NCBI GenBank assembly: GCA_963666055.2
Contig: CAXWPH010000001.1
Coordinates: forward strand, 1 to 64,000
DNA from: Acidobacteriota bacterium
GTDB lineage: Bacteria > Acidobacteriota > UBA890 > WLXD01
Length of the DNA: 64,000 nt
Direction of reading: 5' to 3'
Both the position numbers and the translations under genes were made by a program. Below the pieces are notes generated by a model that was not told where the DNA came from, did no database searches, and saw only the letters and a list, made by a program, of their open reading frames with translations. Of the stretch, positions 29,343 to 37,297 are shown piece by piece (position 1 is the stretch's first letter; each line of letters starts with the position of its first letter).

Positions 29343-31355
29343 GTGAACAAGACTGACGGCCAGCTCGGCATGGATCGTGACATCACACGGCGCGATTTCC
29401 TCAACGGCACCAGCATCGCGATCGGTGGCTCGCTGCTGGGCGCCGGAACTGCCGGCGCATCACCAGCCGCACCCGGAACCGCGGTAAAGCAAGCGGGGCT
29501 GCCCTACCCCACGACCTGGGAAGTGGGTGACAACTACCCACCCAGGCTCTTGGGCATGCGCGGCAGCCACCCGGGCTCCTTCGAGGCGGCGCATGCGGTA
29601 CGCGACGGCAAGCGCTACGACAACGTTACCGACCTCGACGAGACCTATGACCTGATCGTGGTTGGAGGCGGCCTCAGCGGGCTGGCGGCCGCCTACTACT
29701 TCAAGAAGGCGCTCCCGGAGTCGAAGATTCTGATTCTCGACAACCACGACGACTTCGGCGGACACGCCAAGCGCAACGAGTTCGAGGTCGACGGCCACAC
29801 GGTGGTGACCTACGGCGGCTCCGTGTACATGACCGGTGCCTATACGCCCGAGGGCCTGACGATGCTCCAGGACATCGGCCTCGACTGGGACCGATTCAAC
29901 AGCACCACTTCCACTAGCTACGACCTGTATGGAGATGGCTACGGAGGAGTGGGCAAGATGGACCTTCAGGCCGGGGTCCTCTTCGATCGCGAGACCTTCG
30001 GGGAGGATCACCTTGCCGTCGGTGAGCCGCAGGGCCGCGCTAGCGCCGCCGATTGGGAGCGCTTCCTCGCCGGTGCGCCGCTCGCGCCGCAGACCAAGCG
30101 CGACATCGTCCGTCTGTACACGGAGGACGCCGACTATATGCCGGGCCTCAGTCGAGAGGAGAAGATCGCGAGGCTGCGCCGCATGAGCTATCAGGACTAC
30201 ATCCTCGACGTCGTCGGTTTGACGCCGGACGTGGTTCCCTACTTCCTGAAGCAGACGCTGGGGGGCCCGAATGGCGCCGCCGGCATCGATTCGCTCAGCG
30301 CCTACGTGGCGTTCCGGCACAACTCGCTCCCCGGGCTCCGCGGCCTCGGGCTCGGGGATCGTCCGGCTCGCAGCTGGCTCGGCGACACGTACAACCCACT
30401 GAATCGTCTCCACTTCCCCGACGGCAACGCCGGCCTCGCACGCCTGATCGTGCGATGGCTCAACGCCGACGCGCTGCCCGGCCACACGATGGAGGACTCG
30501 GTTACCACGCCGGTTCGTTACGAGAGTCTGGACCGGCCTGACGACGACGTCCGCATCAGGCTCAACAGCACCGTGATCAACGCCACCCACGTGGGCGATC
30601 GACGCACCGCAAGCGAGGTAGCGGTGACCTACGTAACCGGCGACACGGCGTACCGGGTGCGCGGCAGCACCTGCGTGCTGGCCTGCTACAACGCCGTCAT
30701 TCCTCACATCGTGCGGGAGCTGCCGCAGGAGCAAAAGGAAGCGCTCCACATGGCGGTGCGTACGGCCCGTGTCTACACCAACGTCCTCATCCGCAACTGG
30801 CGGGCATTCGTCAAGCTCGGCATCAACGGCGCCCACTGTCCGGGGAGCTTCCACCAGTTCTTCAGCCTCAGCTGGACCACCAGGATCGGCGACTACGACT
30901 TTACCGAGTCCCCTGATCAACCGATCGTGGTGCGGATGAATCGCGATCCGATTGCACCGGGCCTCAGCGCTCGCGACCAGTTCCGTGCCGGCCGCGAGAA
31001 CATCCTGGCGACCTCGTTCGAGGACTTCGAGCGCAATATCCGCGATCAGCTCAACCGCGCGCTGGGGGCGGGTGGCTTCGACGCCGCCGAGGACATCCTG
31101 GCGATCATCGTCAACCGCTGGCCGCACGGTTACGCCGGTGCCGCCAACGAGCTCTACGATCCCGACTGGGGCTACGACGAGCCACCGTGGCTGCAGGGAC
31201 GCAAGCGCTTCGGCCGCATCACGATCGCCAACTCCGACGCCGCCGCCATATGCTTGGCCCAGGCAGCGTTCGACCAGGCGCATCGGGCGGTGGGCGAGCT
31301 GCTCACCGACGTGCTGCGCCCGGAGTTCCAGTACCCGTGGGCGGAGAGGACCTGA
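29343..31355 (+). CDS. SpdH-like FAD flavoprotein, Tat signal (copy 3, close tandem paralog of copy 2)
   Basis: TRRDFLNG and the same motifs; GGAGGT RBS; long DNA tracts identical to copy 2. Confidence 0.85.
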   Translation: MNKTDGQLGMDRDITRRDFLNGTSIAIGGSLLGAGTAGASPAAPGTAVKQAGLPYPTTWEVGDNYPPRLLGMRGSHPGSFEAAHAVRDGKRYDNVTDLDETYDLIVVGGGLSGLAAAYYFKKALPESKILILDNHDDFGGHAKRNEFEVDGHTVVTYGGSVYMTGAYTPEGLTMLQDIGLDWDRFNSTTSTSYDLYGDGYGGVGKMDLQAGVLFDRETFGEDHLAVGEPQGRASAADWERFLAGAPLAPQTKRDIVRLYTEDADYMPGLSREEKIARLRRMSYQDYILDVVGLTPDVVPYFLKQTLGGPNGAAGIDSLSAYVAFRHNSLPGLRGLGLGDRPARSWLGDTYNPLNRLHFPDGNAGLARLIVRWLNADALPGHTMEDSVTTPVRYESLDRPDDDVRIRLNSTVINATHVGDRRTASEVAVTYVTGDTAYRVRGSTCVLACYNAVIPHIVRELPQEQKEALHMAVRTARVYTNVLIRNWRAFVKLGINGAHCPGSFHQFFSLSWTTRIGDYDFTESPDQPIVVRMNRDPIAPGLSARDQFRAGRENILATSFEDFERNIRDQLNRALGAGGFDAAEDILAIIVNRWPHGYAGAANELYDPDWGYDEPPWLQGRKRFGRITIANSDAAAICLAQAAFDQAHRAVGELLTDVLRPEFQYPWAERT

Positions 31356-31497
31356 TCGAGTAACCGAGGGCGGAAGGATGGGAGGACGCGCGCCAGCGCC
31401 GAGGACTTCGGCCCGGGACAGCGCAGTCCCTCAAGCACCGGACCTCGGACGCTCCACCCTGGCCCAGGAGAATGGCCTGCGCCAACGCCAAAGCCTG

Positions 31498-33624
31498 CTA
31501 TTGCCCTGAAGCCTGCTGATGGCGGCGGCGTAGCTGGTCATAGAGCCCCCGGGCCTCATCAACCCGCGTTGTGAGATGCGGAAGCTGCTGTTCCCACTGT
31601 TCGATGAGCAGGTCCCCCGTCTCGAACGCCTCCAGGTCCTCCACCGGGTCAATCGGTGTGGAGAGGAGCTCCTCCAGGTGCTGTAGGCGCTCGTCGATGA
31701 GCTGCGGTACGGATTCTGTGTTCCAGGTCGGCTGGGCGTCGACGATGACGTAGAAGGGAGCACTATGGGCCACGGTCGTGTACCAGCGCTCGGCGTTTAC
31801 ACCGTAGGCGCGCACCGCGAGCCACATGCTGCGGTCGGCAACCAGGGTGGCTTCCAGGTGAACGCGATCCTCGCCGGCAGCGACCGGGACCTCCTCCACG
31901 ACATCGCCTAAAACGACCAGCTCCAGTCGTACCAGCGGCTCGATCTCGGGGTTCATGTTCGCAGTCGCCACGACGCTCAGCGCGGCGCCGGCCTCGAGGT
32001 GAATCTCGGAGCCCATTGGGCGGCCGTTGACGGTGGCTTCCAGGAACGGGCCGTTGGTGACGTAGGTGCGGCCCTGTCGGAAGGCGTCAAACCACGCGTC
32101 GGCGCTGAACGGACCCTCGAGCTGCACGTAGGTGCGCTCCACACCGGGCAGCGTGGGGCCAAAGTAGGGGTAGTCGGCGCCAGCGGCCGGCAAGATGCGA
32201 TATCCGAGGTTGAGAAAGTCGTACCAGAGATCGGTGTGCAGGCGCCCGCCTTGCAGGACCTCGATGAAGTCGATGAGGCCGTGCGGAATGTCGAGGGCGA
32301 GGCCGCGCTCTCCGTTGAACAATGATCCGAGGTGGGCGTAACCGGTGATGCCTCCGTCCGCCCGGGTCTGCTCGAACACACTGTGATAGTCGTAAAAGGC
32401 AGTCGCGTCGGCGTGCGTCGGGCGCTCGATGTTCCAGTGCAGTGTGTGGCCCCGGTGACCGGTTCTCGGGTCTTCCTGGCCCGACACGAGCACCGTTCCA
32501 TCGCGGGCGAAGCGGCCCTCGCTCCCCCACGCCGGCTGGGTGAAGTAGGTCCCACCGATGTTGCCCATCTCGACCAAGTTGGCGACATGCACGTCTTCGG
32601 CGGCGATCTGCGCCCAGACGTTCAGATCATCGACGCGATCGCGCTGCAAATGCACGTGAGCGTCACCCGAGAACCAGCCGCGGCTGGGCAGGTCATCGTA
32701 GCGCCGCAGGGGCGCGATGAGCTCGGTGGTCTCACCTGCCTTAATGTCGAAGCCTCCCTGATAGGCGTGGTACTCGATGCCGTGGGTGGCGGCGAGCTCG
32801 TAGCTCCCGACCGGCAGCCGCGCCTCGTAAGAGCCGTCGATATAGAAGGCCTGGCGGTTCTCGGAGGGCCACATGGTGCGGCGGTTCAACCAGTGGCGAC
32901 GAACCTCGTCGATGAACCTCCACACCGGAATCGCCTTCTCTGAAGGCAGCGGCGCTCGACCGGTGTCGTCGTAGATACCCACCCGCGCCGGTATCGAGAC
33001 CCCGCTGGTGCCGTCCTCCACGGTGAGCCGCACAACACCGAATTGCGACGGCGCTGGGGTGGTGCCGCTGCGCTCGATCGACACGTCACAGAGTGCCACG
33101 GTGGCACCAGACGTGCCGACGGCAAAGTCGGTCTGTTGCGCCCCGAGTCCCGCCAGCCGCGCCCGGTCCAGGGTGACCGTCACTTGCCGGAACATGGCGC
33201 CTGGTTCGACCTCGACCTCCAGCCTGCCATGGCCGTCGCCGCCGTTGCGGTCCCAGATCACCTGAAACGAAGCGGCGCTGGTGAGCTCCGGAGCGTAGGT
33301 CAAGGTCAGGTCGACCGACTCGTCGATGTCATAGGCGTAGTCATCATCGACATCGAAAGAAATCATGTTGCCGACGACGCATTCCCTGCCGTCAATGGTG
33401 CGCATCTCGGCGTGGGCAACATCCATCTCCATGCCAAGCTCGGGGTAACCGAGGCCGATGACCTTGGTGAAGTTCTCCTTGTGCCAGGGAACCGGCTCGA
33501 TGTAACGCGCCTCGCGTCGTTCGGGTGACGCTGGCTGCTGTGGCGGCGCGGGCGCGCCATCGGTGCACGCCACCCCCAGAATCGCCACCGCTGTGGCTGC
33601 GCCCGTAGCAACAGCGTGCCGCAT
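31498..33624 (-). CDS. CehA/McbA family metallohydrolase (PHP-like), lipoprotein
   Basis: GWFSGDAHVH, SGQE, GYAH, WYDFLNLG...AGADY, GRTYVTNGP and AHSAPFY motifs; lipobox GVAC. Confidence 0.75.
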   Translation of the reverse strand: MRHAVATGAATAVAILGVACTDGAPAPPQQPASPERREARYIEPVPWHKENFTKVIGLGYPELGMEMDVAHAEMRTIDGRECVVGNMISFDVDDDYAYDIDESVDLTLTYAPELTSAASFQVIWDRNGGDGHGRLEVEVEPGAMFRQVTVTLDRARLAGLGAQQTDFAVGTSGATVALCDVSIERSGTTPAPSQFGVVRLTVEDGTSGVSIPARVGIYDDTGRAPLPSEKAIPVWRFIDEVRRHWLNRRTMWPSENRQAFYIDGSYEARLPVGSYELAATHGIEYHAYQGGFDIKAGETTELIAPLRRYDDLPSRGWFSGDAHVHLQRDRVDDLNVWAQIAAEDVHVANLVEMGNIGGTYFTQPAWGSEGRFARDGTVLVSGQEDPRTGHRGHTLHWNIERPTHADATAFYDYHSVFEQTRADGGITGYAHLGSLFNGERGLALDIPHGLIDFIEVLQGGRLHTDLWYDFLNLGYRILPAAGADYPYFGPTLPGVERTYVQLEGPFSADAWFDAFRQGRTYVTNGPFLEATVNGRPMGSEIHLEAGAALSVVATANMNPEIEPLVRLELVVLGDVVEEVPVAAGEDRVHLEATLVADRSMWLAVRAYGVNAERWYTTVAHSAPFYVIVDAQPTWNTESVPQLIDERLQHLEELLSTPIDPVEDLEAFETGDLLIEQWEQQLPHLTTRVDEARGLYDQLRRRHQQASGQ

Positions 33625-33634
33625 CTTGCTCTGC

Positions 33635-35536
33635 CTACTTCAACCCGTTCGCCAACATCAGCTCCTGAACGGCTCGATCCGCCTGATCGATGGCGACGTT
33701 GGTATACGCCGCCGCACCAGCGTCGGCGTTGGCGATGGCGATCTTTCCGAAGGGCTTGCGACCGAGCACATGAGGACGCTCGGCATCGGGCACGTCTGGG
33801 TCGGCGAGCGTATCGTAGGTGTAGGCATAGCCGTGCGGCCAACGGTTGGCGGTGATCGCCAGGATGTCCTCGGACGGGTCGAAGCCGCCGCCCTCGAGGG
33901 CGCGCGTCAGCTGATCACGAATCTCCAGCTCGATGGTTTCGAACGAGGTCATCAGCATGTCGAGCATGCCGGCGCGCTGCTGGTCCTTGCGCGGCAAGCC
34001 AGGCTCGTTGGGGTTGCGCACCATGTGCAACACGATGGGCTCGTCGGGAGATTGTGTGCATTCGTAACCCCCCATCGACACGGGATAGTCGAGGCTGCAG
34101 GAGCTGTGGTACATGGCCGGATAGCTGATGCGGGAGACTCCCAGCTCCTTGAATGCCCGCCAGTTCCTGATGAACACGTTGGTGTACATCATCGGTACCT
34201 TCACCGCGTAGCCGAGCGCCTCCTTCTGCTCTTGCGGAAGGTCGGGGACCAGGTATGGAATAGCGTGGTTCCAGCAGGCGAGCAGACAGTTGCGGGCTCG
34301 CACCCGCACCATCTTGCCGTCCCGCACGTAGGCGACGCGCACCCAGTCGGCGTGCTCGGGCGCGCCCTCGTGCTCCACCCGTACGACGGTGCTGTCGAGG
34401 CGCAGCCGCCCTGTGGCCCCTTGCTCGTCGAGGCGATCGTAGCGCAGCGGGGCTTTTAGCACCGATTGCATGTCGTGGTCGCCGGGAAGCGCGGCGGGAA
34501 CCAGCCGGTTGATCAGCAGGCGCGCTATGGTGGCGTTGCCGTCTGGGAAGTGGAAGCGGTAGGCCCGGCTGCCCGGCCAGCGCGGCTCGAGGCCGAGGTC
34601 GAGGCCGTCGAATCCGGGCGCTCCGCCCTGCGCCGCCTCCAGCGCCGGCAACGTATCGATTCGCTTGTTGTTTCGATAGCCGCGGCCGAGGAAGAACTTG
34701 ATCGCCTCCGGGCTGACCTTTGCCACTTCGAGCAGGTAGTCCTGGTAACTCGTTCTGGCGAGGCGGGCGCGCTTCTCGGCCCGGCCTAGGCCGGTCATGT
34801 AATCGCGGTCGCCGGTGTGGAGCCGGATCAGATCCTGGCGCGCCTGCTCCGAGAACGGTGCCTGGCGGAAGAACTCCTCCCAGGACGCGTCTCCAGGCCC
34901 GACTACCAGCCGGTCGGCGCCGAAGGTCTCGCGATCGAAGAAGGTCGCCGAGTCCAACCCCGCGTAGACATCGCTGTCGACAAATTCGCCGGCGCGCTCT
35001 ACCTCGATGCCCAGATCCCGCACCAGAGCCTTGGCAGCATAGCTGTAGGGGAACGGTGAGACGATGCTCTGGGTGCCGCCGTAGCCGATCCAGGTCCGTC
35101 CCTTGTGGGTGAACTCGTTGCGCTTGGCGTGTCCGCCGAAGTCGTCGTGGTTGTCGAGGATCAGAACGGTCTGATCGTTGCCGAGCGCTTGACGGAAGAA
35201 GTGGGCGGCTGATAGTCCCGAGAGCCCGCCGCCAACGACCACCAGGTCATAAATCTCGCCGGAATCCGCCGCGCCAGACAAGCTCTCGTAGGCGCCATCA
35301 CGCAGCCGGTGCCCCACCTCGAACGAGCCCTCATGGCTGCCGCGCAGTCCGGTGAGGCTGGGTGGGTAGCTGGTAGCGACACCCTCCGGCGTGAGGTTCG
35401 ATCCTTTGAGCCCGCGGAGCGCGCTGCGTGTCGCCGCCCACGCGCCAGCGCTGCCCGCCGCGAAGCCGTTGACAAAGTCGCGCCGCGTGATGCCGCGGTC
35501 CATGCCGAGCTGACGTCCCTTGACCCGATCTACCAT
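33635..35536 (-). CDS. SpdH-like FAD flavoprotein, Tat signal (copy 4, divergent)
   Basis: TRRDFVNG, YPPSLTGLRGSH, HAKRNEF, HFPDGNA and NRWPHGY motifs; lacks the RPEFQYPWAERT tail. Confidence 0.85.
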   Translation of the reverse strand: MVDRVKGRQLGMDRGITRRDFVNGFAAGSAGAWAATRSALRGLKGSNLTPEGVATSYPPSLTGLRGSHEGSFEVGHRLRDGAYESLSGAADSGEIYDLVVVGGGLSGLSAAHFFRQALGNDQTVLILDNHDDFGGHAKRNEFTHKGRTWIGYGGTQSIVSPFPYSYAAKALVRDLGIEVERAGEFVDSDVYAGLDSATFFDRETFGADRLVVGPGDASWEEFFRQAPFSEQARQDLIRLHTGDRDYMTGLGRAEKRARLARTSYQDYLLEVAKVSPEAIKFFLGRGYRNNKRIDTLPALEAAQGGAPGFDGLDLGLEPRWPGSRAYRFHFPDGNATIARLLINRLVPAALPGDHDMQSVLKAPLRYDRLDEQGATGRLRLDSTVVRVEHEGAPEHADWVRVAYVRDGKMVRVRARNCLLACWNHAIPYLVPDLPQEQKEALGYAVKVPMMYTNVFIRNWRAFKELGVSRISYPAMYHSSCSLDYPVSMGGYECTQSPDEPIVLHMVRNPNEPGLPRKDQQRAGMLDMLMTSFETIELEIRDQLTRALEGGGFDPSEDILAITANRWPHGYAYTYDTLADPDVPDAERPHVLGRKPFGKIAIANADAGAAAYTNVAIDQADRAVQELMLANGLK

Positions 35537-35764
35537 CGAACCCTCCTGCACAGATCTAAGGGGTCCTGGCGATCACTGTCAACTGGGGCTGCTAGTGGGA
35601 CAGGTTGATCCAGGCTCCCCCGAAACCCTCCGTGAATCGGTTGTCTTTGCCGTTTGTCGTCGGTAGAGTCCGGACCTCGCTGTCAATCTGTCACTGGACG
35701 AACGTAGCGGTATCCGCCTGACGAACCCGGTGGCCTCGGCTTTGGCGAAGGGAGGGACATCAAG

Positions 35765-36145
35765 ATGCAAGGTAAGTGCCTGTGTGGAGGCGTGCAGTAC
35801 GAGGCCAGTGATTCTCAACTGATGGCGCACTGCCATTGCTCGCGATGCCAGCACAGCAGCGGAACAGCGCATGGCACGGTAGTGATGGTGAAGCCCGAGA
35901 ACTTCAAGATCACGCAGGGCGCCGACCTCGTGCACAAGTACGAAGAGGAGCCGTACACGGCTCGCGTCTCATGCTCGAACTGTGGTGGCAACCTCTACCA
36001 CGGCGAGATCTTCATCGAGGCCGGCACGCTCACCGAGGATCCAGGCGTGCGCCCGACGATGCACATCATGGTCGACTACAAGGCGCCATGGTTTGAGATC
36101 ACCGACGGCCTACCGCAGCACGGGGAGTGGCCGCCTAGCGACTGA
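35765..36145 (+). CDS. GFA family (glutathione-dependent formaldehyde-activating) Zn protein
   Basis: G.CLCG.V, CHCSRC, CSNCG and P..HI....KAPW motifs; GGAGGG RBS. Confidence 0.85.
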   Translation: MQGKCLCGGVQYEASDSQLMAHCHCSRCQHSSGTAHGTVVMVKPENFKITQGADLVHKYEEEPYTARVSCSNCGGNLYHGEIFIEAGTLTEDPGVRPTMHIMVDYKAPWFEITDGLPQHGEWPPSD

Positions 36146-36190
36146 GTGCCGCCGGTTGCCGGTCGCAGCGCTGACCAACTCGACGTTTGC

Positions 36191-36229
36191 GCCCCGCCGC
36201 TCGATTCCCGGGTTCGGCGGGGCACTTTT
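36191..36229 (+). terminator. Rho-independent terminator after the GFA gene
   Basis: GCCCCGCCG ... CGGCGGGGC followed by ACTTTT. Confidence 0.6.
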
Positions 36230-36275
36230 CTCATTGGGCGAGGTCTGCGTGCAAGAGAGACTGCGACAGGCGCTT

Positions 36276-36431
36276 CGCAAACGATTCGGCCGCATCACGA
36301 TCGCCAACTCCGATGCCGCCGCCGTCAGCCTCACCAACGCTGCGTTCGACCAGGCGCACCGTGCGGTACAGGAACTTCTGACCGACGTCATCCGACCGGA
36401 GTTCCAGTATCCCTGGGCCGAGCGAACCTGA
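36276..36431 (+). pseudogene. Isolated 3' fragment (last 51 codons) of an SpdH-like gene
   Basis: RKRFGRITIANSDAAA...TDVIRPEFQYPWAERT matches the C-termini of copies 1-3; an in-frame GTG at 36249 could yield a 60-aa peptide. Confidence 0.75.
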
Positions 36432-36514
36432 TCCGCCTATCCAGAACGTCAACTTGAGGCGAACCGCCACGGAGTGCTAGATTCGCGCCGCCTCCAAGAA
36501 GAGAATCGCGGGAC

Positions 36515-37297
36515 ATGACGTGGACAAAGCATCGTTGTTGGCTCTGGCTGTTTGCCTGCGTCTTGCTGATCGCAGCCGCGGGCCCGGCCGAGCCGGGGCA
36601 GAATCCGTACGCCGCCGCGAGCGACGTCGCCGCCGGCCAGCAGCTGTTCTTGAAGAATTGTTCGTCGTGCCACGGTGGGAACGCCACCGGAGGACGAGAG
36701 CCTAACCTCCGACGTCGCCCGTACCGCAACGGCAACGAAGACGCGCAGGTCTTCTCGATCATCCAGAACGGGCTGCCCGGGATGCCCTGGAATGGCCTCA
36801 ACGACAGGAGCGTGTGGCGAATTGTCGCCTATCTCGGCTCCTTGAGCAGCGGTGCGGTGGAGGTTGCGGGCGATCCGACGCGGGGGCGCGACCTGTTTTA
36901 CGGCAGAGCCGACTGCGCCCTGTGTCACATGGTGAACGGCGCCGGCGGTCGCCAGGGGCCGGACCTGAGTTGGGTGGGATGGAGACTCGGCCCCGATGCA
37001 CTGCGCACGGCGCTTTTGGAGCCTGGCGCTAAAGTCGAGCCGCAATGGTGGAGAGCCGCGGTCTCCACCCGGGCCGGTGAGCAGATCGACGGCTACATAA
37101 TCGACGAGGATCAGTTCACCATTCGTCTCCTCGACGGCAACGACGGCTTGCATGCCCTCAGAAAGCGCGACCTGAATCGACTCGACAGGCAACTCGACTC
37201 ACTGATGCCAGCTTTCGGCCGGCTACTGACCGAGGACGAGCTCACCGACGTCATCGCCTACCTAGCCGGCCTCAACGGAGTGGAGAGGGGTCCATGA
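36515..37297 (+). CDS. Di-heme c-type cytochrome with putative heme-binding C-terminal domain
   Basis: CSSCH and CALCH, GPDLS, and SLMP....L...EL.D.IAYL motifs; signal peptide; ATGA overlap with the next gene. Confidence 0.85.
   Translation: MTWTKHRCWLWLFACVLLIAAAGPAEPGQNPYAAASDVAAGQQLFLKNCSSCHGGNATGGREPNLRRRPYRNGNEDAQVFSIIQNGLPGMPWNGLNDRSVWRIVAYLGSLSSGAVEVAGDPTRGRDLFYGRADCALCHMVNGAGGRQGPDLSWVGWRLGPDALRTALLEPGAKVEPQWWRAAVSTRAGEQIDGYIIDEDQFTIRLLDGNDGLHALRKRDLNRLDRQLDSLMPAFGRLLTEDELTDVIAYLAGLNGVERGP

Noticed and set aside
27776-31283. Long minus-strand ORFs (485 and 607 aa) resembling each other
   Set aside because: Antisense to SpdH copies 2 and 3; the similarity comes from the sense-strand duplication.
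31200-36431. Possible integrated element bounded by duplicated SpdH 3' ends (attL/attR-like)
   Set aside because: No integrase, and the two ends differ at many synonymous sites; better explained as a paralog remnant.
21325-36431. Diversity-generating retroelement or cassette-switching explanation for the repeated gene ends
   Set aside because: No reverse transcriptase or recombinase; differences are not adenine-specific.
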